Shown: positions 49,972 through 60,590, counted from the first letter of the stretch. The stretch is DNA of 64,000 nt from Candidatus Freyarchaeum deiterrae (GCA_037305845.1 CP147778.1:2272001-2336000), one strand, 5' to 3'. Made by a program: numbers and translations. Notes: a model not told the origin generated them from the sequence alone.

Positions 49972-51333
49972 TTGGCGGATTTAGAGGGGCTTGTAAAAAG
50001 GCTTTATGCCAAAAACTCTTCAAAAGAAGAAATCATTTCTCGCTTAGTTGATGAAATAAAAATATATAAGGATTTAACCGATGAGGAAGCCTCTGAACTA
50101 GCAAATGCAGTTTTCTCTGAAACTTGGGCTACTATTAATCAGAAAACCACAAAGGAAGTAGCCGATATACTAGATTATTCAAAGTGTGAGGCAACCATGC
50201 ATGATTTAGGCGTTGGTTGCCGTGGGGAGGGCGACTTCTTTGTTCATAGATTGCTTGCAAAATTAAGCGACGCAGGGATAAGTACTTTGTTAGGTCCTCG
50301 TTCACAGGATGATGCGGGGGCCGTTAAGGGTAGCCATGATGTAATTGTTGTTTCTGTTGATGGGACTCACTCCAGGCTCACTGAGTTTCCTTTTATTGCT
50401 GGTTTTCACGTAACCAGAGCAACCATGAGAGATGTTTATGTTAAAGGATCTAAACCCTTAGCGTTGCTTACAGATGTGCATCTTGCGGATGATGGTGATG
50501 TTGGAAAACTTTTCGACTTTATGGCGGGCATAAGAACGGTTTCCAAATTGACCGGTGTACCTTTAGTCACCGGCTCCACACTGAGAGTTGGAGGAGACAT
50601 GGTTATAGGAACCAGATTTGTTTCCTGCGTCGGTGCAGTAGGTGTTGTCAGAGAACCCCACCTTATTGCAGCGAGAACCAGAGTAACACCCGGAGATGAC
50701 ATAATTATGACCGAAGGTGCAGGAGGCGGAACGATAGCAACTACCGCTATTTATGGCGGAATGCCCGAAGTAATTATGGAAACTCTAAACATTCAATTCA
50801 TAAAGGCCTGTGAAACACTCATGAACAGAAACCTGTTTAGAAAGATACATGCCGCAACGGATTGGACTAACGGGGGATTAAGAGGAGACTGCAACGAAAT
50901 CTGCAAAACCGCTGGGGTAGGAATAAAAATCTTCGAGGAAAAGGTAGACTCACTAGTAAACCCCGTAGTGCTAAAAATGCTCCGCGACCTAAACATAGAC
51001 TATCTAGGAGTCTCAATCGACTCCCTACTAATTTTCAACCCACCCAAGTACTCGGAAGAAATTCTATCAGCATTAAGAGATGCGAAAATAAAATCTGACA
51101 TTATCGGTACAGTAGTTGAAAAACCGAAAAAAGCTGAATTAATATCCGACGGTAAAGCAAAATCGCTACAACCTCACTACAGAGAAGCTGCTTACACCAA
51201 AGTAAAAAAAATTGTTGGAGAAGAAACACCTCAAAACAAAGAAAAACTAATGAATAAAACAACACGAGCTGCAAAAGAAGCTATTGAAAAATCTGAAAGA
51301 ATAATAAAAATGATTAAGGCGCAAAAAAGCTAA
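49972..51333 (+). CDS. AIR-synthase (PurM-like) related protein
   Basis: GVGCRGEGDF, DGTHSRL, GSTLRVGGDM and TDWTNGG motifs. Confidence 0.85.
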   Translation: MADLEGLVKRLYAKNSSKEEIISRLVDEIKIYKDLTDEEASELANAVFSETWATINQKTTKEVADILDYSKCEATMHDLGVGCRGEGDFFVHRLLAKLSDAGISTLLGPRSQDDAGAVKGSHDVIVVSVDGTHSRLTEFPFIAGFHVTRATMRDVYVKGSKPLALLTDVHLADDGDVGKLFDFMAGIRTVSKLTGVPLVTGSTLRVGGDMVIGTRFVSCVGAVGVVREPHLIAARTRVTPGDDIIMTEGAGGGTIATTAIYGGMPEVIMETLNIQFIKACETLMNRNLFRKIHAATDWTNGGLRGDCNEICKTAGVGIKIFEEKVDSLVNPVVLKMLRDLNIDYLGVSIDSLLIFNPPKYSEEILSALRDAKIKSDIIGTVVEKPKKAELISDGKAKSLQPHYREAAYTKVKKIVGEETPQNKEKLMNKTTRAAKEAIEKSERIIKMIKAQKS

Positions 51334-51551
51334 ACTTCATCAAAAATCTCACGTCTTCCGCCTTTTTTTTAATTTATGTTCAACTAGGAAGTCGCTGAAA
51401 CTATTAGTTCGTCTTTTTTATTCTCCTTCTAAACTATCTCAGGGGATTCGGTTATAAACAAGAAATATAAAATGAGTTTTATTTGGGGAAACTAGTTGAA
51501 TCTAAAGTCGGTTTACAATACGCTGGGTATTTTACTCTTCACTTGGAGTTA

Positions 51552-52499
51552 CTAAGCATCGCTTATACCGTTTTCATCTATTGCAAACACTACTTCCGAT
51601 TCTGGGAGATAGGGGCTGTCCACAAGTCTCGCTATTCGCTGGGTACCTTTGCTTTTTCTAAGATATATTCTCGTGGTACAGTTGTGAGCTACTATGTGCC
51701 CGCCAACAGGAGTTGTCGGGTCTCCAAAGAATGTGTCTGGTTTTGACATGACCTGGTTTGTGACTACAACCGCGAGGTTGTATAGTTCCGATAACCTCAG
51801 CAATGTGTGAAGATGCTTGTTTAGTTTCTGTTGTCTTTCGGCGAGCATTCCTCTACCAATATATTCTGACCTAAAGTGCCCCACCATACTGTCTACGATA
51901 ATGAGTTTTATGTTTTTACCCTTCGTTATTAACCCGTCTATGTTTTGAGAAAGATACAACTGGTGATCCGAGTTATAAGCCCTCGCATAAACTACCTTCT
52001 TCAAAGCCTCCTTAGGGTCCATTTCGAGCTTGGTGGCGACTTGGACGATTCGTTCCGGCCTGAATGTTCCTTCAGTGTCGATATACACAGCTTCCCCGTT
52101 GAGTCCTCCTTTTTCTTCAGGTAACTGAACCATGACAGATATCTGGTGGCATATCTGAGTTTTGCCTGTTCTAAACTCTCCGAAAAACTCTGTGATGCCT
52201 CTTGTTTCTATACCTCCACCAAGTAGTTGGTCAAGGTTTTTGGTGCCAGTGGTAATCGTCGAGATTGCTTTTCTCTGCTCCAGAAACTCCTGAGCAGACA
52301 CGAACCCTATGTTCAGCATCTCTCGGGCGCCCTCAATTATTCTGCTAGCAGTTGCCTCTCCAATATCTGCTGCGGTGGCGAGTTCCTTAGGAGTAGCAAC
52401 AGCCACTGCTTCTGGGCTTCTATAACCCGCTTCAGTTAGTTTCTTTGCGATAGCAGGCCCAACTCCGGGAAGATCCTCTAAGTGAGCAGTTGATGTCAT
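51552..52499 (-). CDS. radA: DNA repair and recombination protein RadA
   Basis: [21 protein letters not shown] and LAERQQKL motifs. Confidence 0.97.
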   Translation of the reverse strand: MTSTAHLEDLPGVGPAIAKKLTEAGYRSPEAVAVATPKELATAADIGEATASRIIEGAREMLNIGFVSAQEFLEQRKAISTITTGTKNLDQLLGGGIETRGITEFFGEFRTGKTQICHQISVMVQLPEEKGGLNGEAVYIDTEGTFRPERIVQVATKLEMDPKEALKKVVYARAYNSDHQLYLSQNIDGLITKGKNIKLIIVDSMVGHFRSEYIGRGMLAERQQKLNKHLHTLLRLSELYNLAVVVTNQVMSKPDTFFGDPTTPVGGHIVAHNCTTRIYLRKSKGTQRIARLVDSPYLPESEVVFAIDENGISDA

Positions 52500-52652
52500 G
52501 TTTAAACCTCTATAATATTATAGTAGTTTTATCGTTGTAAAATATACAATAGGGGTATATTAATAGTTTGCATCCTTAGTACTTTAGGCACTGAGAGATT
52601 TGAAGTTTATTGATTAGTATTCTCTAAACGCTATTTAAGGGGCTCGAAGCAC

Positions 52653-53288
52653 ATGAATTCGGAAATACTTGAAAAATTAAAAATCATTCCTAACTGCATA
52701 TACGAAACTATATTCACTACCTACAATAATGACTTCACTCCCAACGTGGCTCCAATGGGAATTAGCACCCCCGATATGAAAAAGCTTGTAGCAAAGATAT
52801 ACTCCACTAGTCAAACATACAGGAATATATCGGAAAAAAAATGCACCGTAATAAACATCACAAATGACTTGTCGCTCTTCTATAAGACGTCAATAGATAA
52901 AAAAAGTTTGGAAAAAGAAACCAAAATATTCGCAAAGTCAAAGAATATAGCTGCCCCAATTCTAATCCCCTCATCGGCTTACATGGAAGCAACGGTAGAC
53001 GTTATACAAAAAATTGAAAAAAATCGGTTTAAAATAATATTTAGCATAATTAACGCTGAAATATTAGACCCATGCGTAACTCCAATCTGCAGAGCCCCCA
53101 ATTTAGTGTTAGAATCCATAATCCATGCTACTAGAATCGAAACCTACAACAGCAGGGGGGAAACTGAAAAAGCAGAACAATTAATTGACCAAATAAAAAA
53201 TTATAGAGAACTAATAGGTCGAATTGCAACCGGAACCATGTACGAAGAACTAATAGAAAAAATCTGGAAAAAAATACAACCAGCTTGA
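52653..53288 (+). CDS. DUF447-family protein
   Basis: ETIFTT..PNVAPMGI and RAPNLVLESIIHATR motifs. Confidence 0.85.
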   Translation: MNSEILEKLKIIPNCIYETIFTTYNNDFTPNVAPMGISTPDMKKLVAKIYSTSQTYRNISEKKCTVINITNDLSLFYKTSIDKKSLEKETKIFAKSKNIAAPILIPSSAYMEATVDVIQKIEKNRFKIIFSIINAEILDPCVTPICRAPNLVLESIIHATRIETYNSRGETEKAEQLIDQIKNYRELIGRIATGTMYEELIEKIWKKIQPA

Positions 53289-53312
53289 ACTTAGTATAAA
53301 ATTGAAACATTT

Positions 53313-53495
53313 TCCTTGAAAGGAGCGAATTGTTTTATGATAGTTACCGATTGGAACGAGTTTAAAAATTTGCCACTAGCCGAAATTAAAGATTTGATGA
53401 AAACTCCCTTTATCGTGGATGGTAGACGAATCCTGAATCCAGAAATTGCTAAGAGAGAAGGATTCAAGTACAAATAAATAGGTTGGAAAGACTAA
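53313..53495 (+). pseudogene. C-terminal remnant of a UDP-glucose/GDP-mannose dehydrogenase gene
   Basis: Manual translation SLKGANCFMIVTDWNEFKNLPLAEIKDLMKTPFIVDGRRILNPEIAKREGFKYK*IGWKD*. The N-terminal domains are absent and there is a premature stop. Confidence 0.75.
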
Positions 53496-53510
53496 GGATG
53501 CTGCAATAAA

Positions 53511-55133
53511 ATGAGCTTTCAAGTGAAATTCACGGACATAATGGGTCGTATAGGCCAAATTAGTACAAAAAGCGGAAAGTTCCAAACTCCAGCACTTCTG
53601 CCAGTTATAGATCCGAGAAATCTGATTATTCCACCCAATCTTTTGAAAACAGAATTCAAATGTGATGCTGTTATTACTAATGCTTTCTTTATTAAGAAGA
53701 ATTTCTATGAGCAGGCTAAAGAAGAAGGGCTTCATAAATTCTTGAACTTCCCCGATTCCATAATGACCGATAGTGGAGCCTACCAACTGCTAGTATACGG
53801 TGAGGTAGATGTTTCCCCCGAAGAAATTGTGAAGATACAGGAAGAAATCGATACCGATATCGCTATAATCCTTGACATACCCTCAAGCCTGAATGCTAGT
53901 TCTCAAGAGGTGGAGAATGGGGTAAAACAGACCATAAGAAATGCTGAAACCAGCCTAAAGCAGAAGACCCGGGACGATATACTCTGGATTGGCCCTGTTC
54001 AGGGCGGAACCTATCTAGATTTAGTAAAACAGTGCGCAACGCAAGTTGGAAAACTCGATTTTGATATGCACGCAATTGGTAGCGTTACCCAAATAATGGA
54101 AACATATCAATTCGAAAAATTAGTAGACATTGTTATGGCGGCGAAACAAAATCTACCCCTACAAAGACCTGTTCACCTGTTTGGGGCGGGGCACCCCATG
54201 ATGTTTTCTCTTGCAGTCGCTATGGGCATAGATACATTTGACTCCGCAGCTTATGCACTATATGCAAGGAATAACAGATATCTAACTACCACAGGCACTG
54301 TGCGACTAGAAGAACTAAAATATAATATCTGCGTTTGTCCTGTCTGCAGGGAGAATTCTCCACAAGAACTATTAGAAAAACCACAAGGAGAAAGAGAAAC
54401 ACTACTAGCCAAACATAATCTCTACGTCTCACTAATGGAAATCCAAACAATCCGTCAATCAATCCTTGAAGGAAGACTCTGGGAACTATTAGAAATCAGA
54501 GCAAGATCACACCCCTCTTTACTGGAAGCCCTTAGGCGTCTGGGAGAATATAGCGATGTTCTAGAATTTTTCACTCCAACAGCAAAGCCCCACGCAATCT
54601 TCTACGGGGGTCCAGAAACACTAAAAAGACCCGAAGTCACCCGCCACCTAAAAAAATTGGAAACGCTTCAGCAACCCGAAGAAACTGACATACTTCTAAT
54701 ACTGTTGGAACCCAAAACCAAACCATTCTACAAATCCAGAGAACACGCCGAAGTACTCGAAATAATTAATGGTTTCCCGGATGACCAACAGAAAAGGTTT
54801 CAAATAATAACCAAATCCACAATTTTCGGATTAATACCCCTCGAACTAGAGGAGGTATACCCCCTATCACAGCACATAAATCTGAGACCCGATCCCACTA
54901 CTATACAACACACTTCCCAAGTCATAACACAATACATAACTACTCACAGTTACCACAAAGTAATTATACAATTAACACCAGCAGAGGAGGAAAGCTTCGA
55001 ACCCATAAGAAAAATCTGCAAAGAAAAAAACATCGACCTACACATAATCAATGTTGAAGACGTATCGAACCTCAAAAATAACTTGGAATCACTAGAAGAA
55101 ATTCTAAGGAAAGTAACCCCATGCGAGAAATAA
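53511..55133 (+). CDS. tgtA: Archaeosine tRNA-guanine transglycosylase
   Basis: MTDSGAYQL, PVQGG, HLFGAGHP and FDSAAY motifs. No recognisable PUA domain. Confidence 0.93.
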   Translation: MSFQVKFTDIMGRIGQISTKSGKFQTPALLPVIDPRNLIIPPNLLKTEFKCDAVITNAFFIKKNFYEQAKEEGLHKFLNFPDSIMTDSGAYQLLVYGEVDVSPEEIVKIQEEIDTDIAIILDIPSSLNASSQEVENGVKQTIRNAETSLKQKTRDDILWIGPVQGGTYLDLVKQCATQVGKLDFDMHAIGSVTQIMETYQFEKLVDIVMAAKQNLPLQRPVHLFGAGHPMMFSLAVAMGIDTFDSAAYALYARNNRYLTTTGTVRLEELKYNICVCPVCRENSPQELLEKPQGERETLLAKHNLYVSLMEIQTIRQSILEGRLWELLEIRARSHPSLLEALRRLGEYSDVLEFFTPTAKPHAIFYGGPETLKRPEVTRHLKKLETLQQPEETDILLILLEPKTKPFYKSREHAEVLEIINGFPDDQQKRFQIITKSTIFGLIPLELEEVYPLSQHINLRPDPTTIQHTSQVITQYITTHSYHKVIIQLTPAEEESFEPIRKICKEKNIDLHIINVEDVSNLKNNLESLEEILRKVTPCEK

Positions 55134-55591
55134 AAAAAGAGAACCTACTGCAAGTTGATGGAGCCGGCATATTCTTTGACTTGGACAAATTCAAAGAAAC
55201 CATGAAAAAAATGGGATGGACAGAATTCAAACCCAACGCAATCACCGGAAACCTCACTCAATTTATACAAATGTTCGCCTCAAAACACAATGCAAATATT
55301 CTCTGGGGATTAGACCAAGAAAGAGGAACAGAGGAAGCTTACCTAGAAATTGTTGAGCCAGACACTGAGGAAATATCAGCAGATTTGGAAGTGATTAGAA
55401 AAAAAATAGAGGAACTCGGAAAAGAAACAAAATCCAATGCACACCTAAGCATAGGAGTAGCCTATGGAAAAATTGGAAACGTAAAACCCCGCAGTAGAAG
55501 AGAGCTTACCAGAACGCCACTGGGAAACGGAGCATGGAAGGCACTACATGAAGCCAAAAAAACTGGCGGAAACAAAATAATGCAAATTTAG
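55121..55591 (+). CDS. Degenerate GGDEF/nucleotidyl-cyclase-fold protein
   Basis: FFDLDKFK, LSIGVA and ALHEAKKTGGNK motifs, with RGTEE at the GGDEF position. Confidence 0.7.
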   Translation: MREIKKENLLQVDGAGIFFDLDKFKETMKKMGWTEFKPNAITGNLTQFIQMFASKHNANILWGLDQERGTEEAYLEIVEPDTEEISADLEVIRKKIEELGKETKSNAHLSIGVAYGKIGNVKPRSRRELTRTPLGNGAWKALHEAKKTGGNKIMQI

Positions 55592-55798
55592 TATACTTTT
55601 GAGACCATTAAACATTTTATCATGATAAAATCTCTTGTAATATCAAAAAACTCAGTTGTTAGGTTTCTGTATTTAAACTTCTTTCGAAATAAAAGACGAT
55701 GTTAAGAATATGAACATTTTTGCGGAAATCATTAAAATTTAGAAATGGTGCACTTTTATGTTACTCAGATTACATAATCTTGCAACGTGTTGGTAAAT

Positions 55799-56065
55799 AT
55801 GGTTTCAGGATGCGAATTATGTGAATTGCGCAAGGTAACTGAATGGTTTTTTGAATGTGAGGATTACGTTATATTGGAATGCGATTTGTGCGGTATTCCT
55901 ATGGTGGTTTTTCGTTCGCATGAGGAGGTTCCAGAGGAATTATATGAAAAGGCAAAGGCTAAGTGTCGTGAGCTATTTGGAGAAGTTTATTTCCGTATGT
56001 ATCGGGGATCAATACCTGATCATCCTCATTTTCACGTGGTAACATTTAAACCAGTTCATAAATAG
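55799..56065 (+). CDS. Small HIT-like protein
   Basis: N-terminal CELC and C-terminal IPDHPHFHV triad. Confidence 0.7.
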   Translation: MVSGCELCELRKVTEWFFECEDYVILECDLCGIPMVVFRSHEEVPEELYEKAKAKCRELFGEVYFRMYRGSIPDHPHFHVVTFKPVHK

Positions 56066-56198
56066 GGAATCTATCTGAAATCCGTTGTAATAACTCTTTT
56101 TTTATAAGATTATATTATCTCAACCGAGTCTCAGAAAAATAAATAAAAAAGTAGAAGTGAAGAAGCTTTTACTCTTTTAGAAAGCTTTTATTGTATTA

Positions 56199-57368
56199 CT
56201 AAATGCGTGGAATACCTAAATCTCTATCAGATTGTTTAGGGTCTTCGGAAAATACTGGAATTAGCGGTTCATTGTCTTTGAGGATGCTGGCTCCCTTGCT
56301 GTATTCTCTTATGGGTTCTATGGAAGGCAGGTCTGGCACAATTTCCGTGGGCCCTAGAAGCTGCGGGCTGGTAACTCCGGTTAGAATCAGAATGACTCTT
56401 ATCATGCCTTCGGCTCGGGGGTCTTTTCTGGCTCCCCAGATTACATTGGCGTCGTCAATCATTTTGTCTGTGATTAGTTCCGCAACACCGGTGGCTTCTG
56501 CTAGGGTTAAATCTGAACCTCCGGTGACGTGTATCAGTGCTCCTGTTGCACCCACTATGTCCACATCTAGGAGCGGACAGTCTAAGGCGCTTTTTACGGC
56601 TCTTTCTACGCGATTTTCGCCTTCGGCTTCTCCTATTCCCACCATGGCTACCCCTCCATCTGTAAGTATGCTGCGTACGTCGGCGTAGTCAAGGTTGATT
56701 AAACTGGGTATCGATATGCACTCGGTAATTCCCTTTACCATGTTAGCCAGTATTTCGTCTGCCACGCTGAATGCTTCCTCAATGGGTAGATTTGGAACGA
56801 GGTCTAAGAGCCTGTTGTTATCTATTACCACCACGGTATCCGTATAGTATCTTAGTTTTCTAAGTCCCTGTTTGGCTTTTATTATTCTTCCTCTTTCAAC
56901 GTTAAAGGGCATAGTTACGACGCCCACAACTATGCTTCCCATCTTTTTCGCAATATCCGCAACAATAGGTGCGCTTCCAGTTCCAGTTCCGCCGCCCATT
57001 CCAGCGGCTACAAACACTAGGTCTGCGTCGGAGAGAATTTCGGCTAGTTCTTCCCTGCTCTCTTCCGCTGCCGCTTCGCCTATTCTTGGGAAGCCTCCAG
57101 CTCCTAAGCCTCTGGTTATGTTTCTTCCCATTAGGAGTTTGAGGTTAGCGTTGGTTGCGTCTAAATGTTGCTGGTCGGTGTTAACCGCTATGCATTTTGC
57201 TCCATGGATGCCTATCTGCATAATTCTGTTTACCGTGTTGTTTCCAGCGCCTCCGGCGCCAACAACCAGTATTCTCGCAGATCCTGGCTTTTTAGTAGCA
57301 CTTGGCTCTTTACTCTCTCTTGCGTTCTGTAATGCGTCTTTAATAATATTATTCATGCTCATTGGCAT
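56199..57368 (-). CDS. ftsZ: Cell division protein FtsZ
   Basis: GAGGAGNN, GMGGGTGTG and INLDYADVR motifs. Confidence 0.97.
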   Translation of the reverse strand: MPMSMNNIIKDALQNARESKEPSATKKPGSARILVVGAGGAGNNTVNRIMQIGIHGAKCIAVNTDQQHLDATNANLKLLMGRNITRGLGAGGFPRIGEAAAEESREELAEILSDADLVFVAAGMGGGTGTGSAPIVADIAKKMGSIVVGVVTMPFNVERGRIIKAKQGLRKLRYYTDTVVVIDNNRLLDLVPNLPIEEAFSVADEILANMVKGITECISIPSLINLDYADVRSILTDGGVAMVGIGEAEGENRVERAVKSALDCPLLDVDIVGATGALIHVTGGSDLTLAEATGVAELITDKMIDDANVIWGARKDPRAEGMIRVILILTGVTSPQLLGPTEIVPDLPSIEPIREYSKGASILKDNEPLIPVFSEDPKQSDRDLGIPRI

Positions 57369-57398
57369 CCACCTGAATATCTATCATATCGGTTCTGC

Positions 57399-57584
57399 TT
57401 AGTGTCCTGTGCCCCTAAAAAAGAGTTGCCTTTCCCAAAGCTCTCTTTTAAGTAGGTCTCTAACCGCTACTCTTATCGCTTCACTTCTGTTCGGATATAT
57501 TTTACTTTTTACGAGTTGTTCTAAACCTTCGAGATAAGCTTCTGGTAGGTGTACTGTTACGAGTATAATGAAGACCACCCCCAT
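57399..57584 (-). CDS. cdrS: Ribbon-helix-helix regulator, CdrS-like
   Basis: VTVHLP...YPNRSEAIRVAVRDLL, directly upstream of ftsZ. Confidence 0.8.
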   Translation of the reverse strand: MGVVFIILVTVHLPEAYLEGLEQLVKSKIYPNRSEAIRVAVRDLLKRELWERQLFFRGTGH

Positions 57585-57922
57585 TTGTTGGGATTATCTA
57601 AAACAATTCTTTCTTGAATAATGCTTTTAATGTGAGTAGTTTTCCATTAATACACAAGGAATACCCACATTATATATGCGTGACACACCCTAGCTAGAAA
57701 TGGTGCTTGTTACGCTTTATTCCCATAAGAGAGAAGCTATAATCCCTCTTTGGAGATTCAGCGATATACCTTATCTTCTTTTTAATTATTGGGGCTCTAA
57801 ATATTTTAATATTATTTATCAGCCCTCCTATTCCAAAATTTTTCATGTACCCTTGATTATTCCCCCGGATTTTTGGCGCGTTTCGAAGCAGAATACGTTA
57901 ATGTTATGCTGGAGTTTTCATC

Positions 57923-59233
57923 TTATAAACATTGGGAATTCTTAATTATCTTCCCTATGAGGTATCCTATTTTCGAGGCGATTACTTCTATCCTAATTTT
58001 TCTCCCCAAGGATTGATTCTGGTTATGAACTAAGATTGGCTTGTAAGTGTAATTTCGTGCTATCCAGCCTTCCTTAGTTCCTCCCTCTGTTATAATGGCG
58101 TCTCCCCTCCACCCAACCCATCTCTTGTTTCTTTCTTGACCAATTTTTTGGACTGTTTTCGTAACTTCCCTGCTCCTATCTTTAATAATCCATCCCGGGA
58201 TCTGGTTTTCCATTGTTTCCGCCTGCGTTTTTGGTCTAGGTGCGAATCTTGAAATATTGACTATATCCGGTTTTATTTCTTGGATGAGATTCACTGATTC
58301 TTGAAAGTGTTCGTCGGTTTCTCCTGGAAAACCTACTATAATATCTGTGGATAGCGTCAGGTCGGGGATTTCTGTTTTAAAAGCGTCTATAATTCCTGTG
58401 AACTGTTCCTTTGTGTAACCCCTGTTCATGGCTCTCAGTATTTCGTTGCTTCCTGATTGTACTGGAATATGGAGAAACTTGTAAACCTTTGGATTTTGGA
58501 AGATATTCACTAAATCTTCGAGAATTGGTATTGCGTGCTTGGGGTTGGTCATGCCAACTCTAATTTTAAAATCTAAGGGTAGTTCCACAATTCTTCGTAG
58601 CAAATCGGGAAGACTCTCATTATTCCAGCGATAGGCTCCAGTGTCCTGAGAGGTTAACCAGACTTCCCTGCACCCCTTCTGAATTGATGTTTCTATCTCC
58701 CTCAGAATTATTTCAGGAGGGTAGCTTAAGAGTTTTCCACGGGCAAATTTTACGCAGCAGTAATAACAATCACCCAGACATCCCTCGCCTATGGGAATGA
58801 TTGCAATCACTGGATTGACTGGTTTCCTCGGAGTTCCTAACTTAACATCCTTTTTTTCATCAAGATTTACGATTCCCCGTTCACCCTTCTCCACCTGTTT
58901 TAAAACATCAACAATATTGAACAATGAGTTGGTGTCTAAAATCGCAGCGAATTTCGAGCCAGCCTTTACAACCCCATCAAGGTTTATTCGGGGTAGACAG
59001 CCACCAATAATAAAGGGTTTTTCTGATAAATTTAGCTCCGAGATTTTTTTCAAAATCTTCCTTTCTGTTGGTTTCTTGACACCGCAAGTATTTATGATGA
59101 TGACATCTGCCTGGTCTTCCGACTCTGCTGTACTGTAACCCCCCTCTTTTAATATGCCTAACATGATTTCTGCATCGGCTTGGTTCATAGAACAACCATA
59201 TGTAGAAACATATACTGAAACCAAAACAATCAC
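57923..59233 (-). CDS. tRNA t6A37 methylthiotransferase (MiaB/MtaB family radical SAM)
   Basis: TYGCSMNQAD, NTCGVK and GCLGDCYYC motifs, with a TRAM-like tail. Confidence 0.92.
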   Translation of the reverse strand: MIVLVSVYVSTYGCSMNQADAEIMLGILKEGGYSTAESEDQADVIIINTCGVKKPTERKILKKISELNLSEKPFIIGGCLPRINLDGVVKAGSKFAAILDTNSLFNIVDVLKQVEKGERGIVNLDEKKDVKLGTPRKPVNPVIAIIPIGEGCLGDCYYCCVKFARGKLLSYPPEIILREIETSIQKGCREVWLTSQDTGAYRWNNESLPDLLRRIVELPLDFKIRVGMTNPKHAIPILEDLVNIFQNPKVYKFLHIPVQSGSNEILRAMNRGYTKEQFTGIIDAFKTEIPDLTLSTDIIVGFPGETDEHFQESVNLIQEIKPDIVNISRFAPRPKTQAETMENQIPGWIIKDRSREVTKTVQKIGQERNKRWVGWRGDAIITEGGTKEGWIARNYTYKPILVHNQNQSLGRKIRIEVIASKIGYLIGKIIKNSQCL

Positions 59234-59241
59234 TCACAACT

Positions 59242-59559
59242 TTACCTCAACATACCGGCGAAGGGGTTAGAGTCGGTTCCACCTACTGCTGGCGGAAGAA
59301 CCGCTAAAACATCTCCATCCTTAAGCGGAGTTTCTAATCCTTTTAGTTCCTTTATGGAAACACCGTTTACCATTAAAATAAAAACAGGCTTTGGTTCTCC
59401 ATTCTTCTCAAGCAGGTAGTTAGCTAGCTTCTCTCCGTACCTATCGGTCATTAACTTTATTGCATCATGAACTTTTATCTTATTGTCTGATTCCAACTCA
59501 ATTTCTTTTGTTTTCGTTATCTCCCTTAGGGTGGCGAAGACCTTTATTTTGAATTTCAT
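59242..59559 (-). CDS. MoaD/SAMP ubiquitin-like protein with a C-terminal extension
   Basis: FATLRE...VNG...LKDGDVLAVLPPAVGG, followed by TDSNPFAGMLR. Confidence 0.88.
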   Translation of the reverse strand: MKFKIKVFATLREITKTKEIELESDNKIKVHDAIKLMTDRYGEKLANYLLEKNGEPKPVFILMVNGVSIKELKGLETPLKDGDVLAVLPPAVGGTDSNPFAGMLR

Positions 59560-59730
59560 TTACTCGCCTGCTCCTAATTCTATTCAGTCAACTAATTAAG
59601 TTCTGAATAAGTGGTAAAATTTCTGGATGAAATATTGATAAGATTCTGTCTTAAACTTTGCTTATTTATCTTGAAAAATGTTTAAATAATATTTCATTGA
59701 CATGAACGATTGCAAGAGGAGATGCATTTT

Positions 59731-60384
59731 ATGAGCGAACAGGGAGTCAAAATTGTTAACATTGAGCAGGATCTTATCAAAGCGAATGAAAAAATAGCGA
59801 AAAAAATCCAAAAGATTTTCCACCAAAAAGGAATCAAAACCTTCGACATTGTGGGAGCTATAGGCGCCGGCAAAACCCTGATTCTGGAGGCCCTTGTGGA
59901 GCGGCTGAAAGAGAAGTACAGACTGGCTATGGTTACTGCGGATGTGACCACGGAGATAGATGCTGATAGAATTAGGCGTCATGGAGTTAAGTGTATACAA
60001 ATTAATACTGGGAGAGAGTGCGCTTTAACCGCGATTCTTCTACAAAACATTCTGGATCAGCTACCCCTAGACGACATTGATATACTCTTTGTGGAGAATG
60101 TGGGTAATCTAATCTGTCCAGCGGATTTCATAGTCGGTTGTGATAAGAGAATTGTGGTGGTAAGCATCACCGAGGGAGGGCATGTGGTTATAAAGCATCC
60201 TCTGCTGTTCAAAATGTCGGATGTTGCGGTTATAAATAAGATTGATCTGCGAGAAGTTATGGATGTAGATCCTGAAAAAATGTTGAGGGACGCTCTAGAC
60301 ATAAATCCTTCCATCAAGGTGGTTTTGACCAGTGCGAAAACGGGTGAAGGTATCGATGAGTTGATTAATGTACTCGGCCTCTGA
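59731..60384 (+). CDS. hypB: HypB/UreG-type nickel-handling GTPase
   Basis: GAIGAGKT, ENVGNLICPA, INKIDL and SAKTGEG motifs. Confidence 0.9.
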   Translation: MSEQGVKIVNIEQDLIKANEKIAKKIQKIFHQKGIKTFDIVGAIGAGKTLILEALVERLKEKYRLAMVTADVTTEIDADRIRRHGVKCIQINTGRECALTAILLQNILDQLPLDDIDILFVENVGNLICPADFIVGCDKRIVVVSITEGGHVVIKHPLLFKMSDVAVINKIDLREVMDVDPEKMLRDALDINPSIKVVLTSAKTGEGIDELINVLGL

Positions 60385-60590
60385 AAATTTTTTTCATATA
60401 AAAGTGAACTAGTAAACTACTCTTTTTTTCAATAAAAGATATAAGAATAAATCCGTTATGTAAGTCCAAAATAAACAAAATTATATTTATATAAACCCCA
60501 AAACCCAATGATAACATGTCAATAAAAAATAAATAAGGGTTTTACCTAAATCGGTTGAGTCAAGAAAAGTGTTTGCTTGGAGGCGCTTCG

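Noticed and set aside
59250-59280. ACCG/CGGT pairing in the SAMP C-terminal extension as a possible intron
   Set aside because: No BHB geometry, and splicing would not place a stop after GG.
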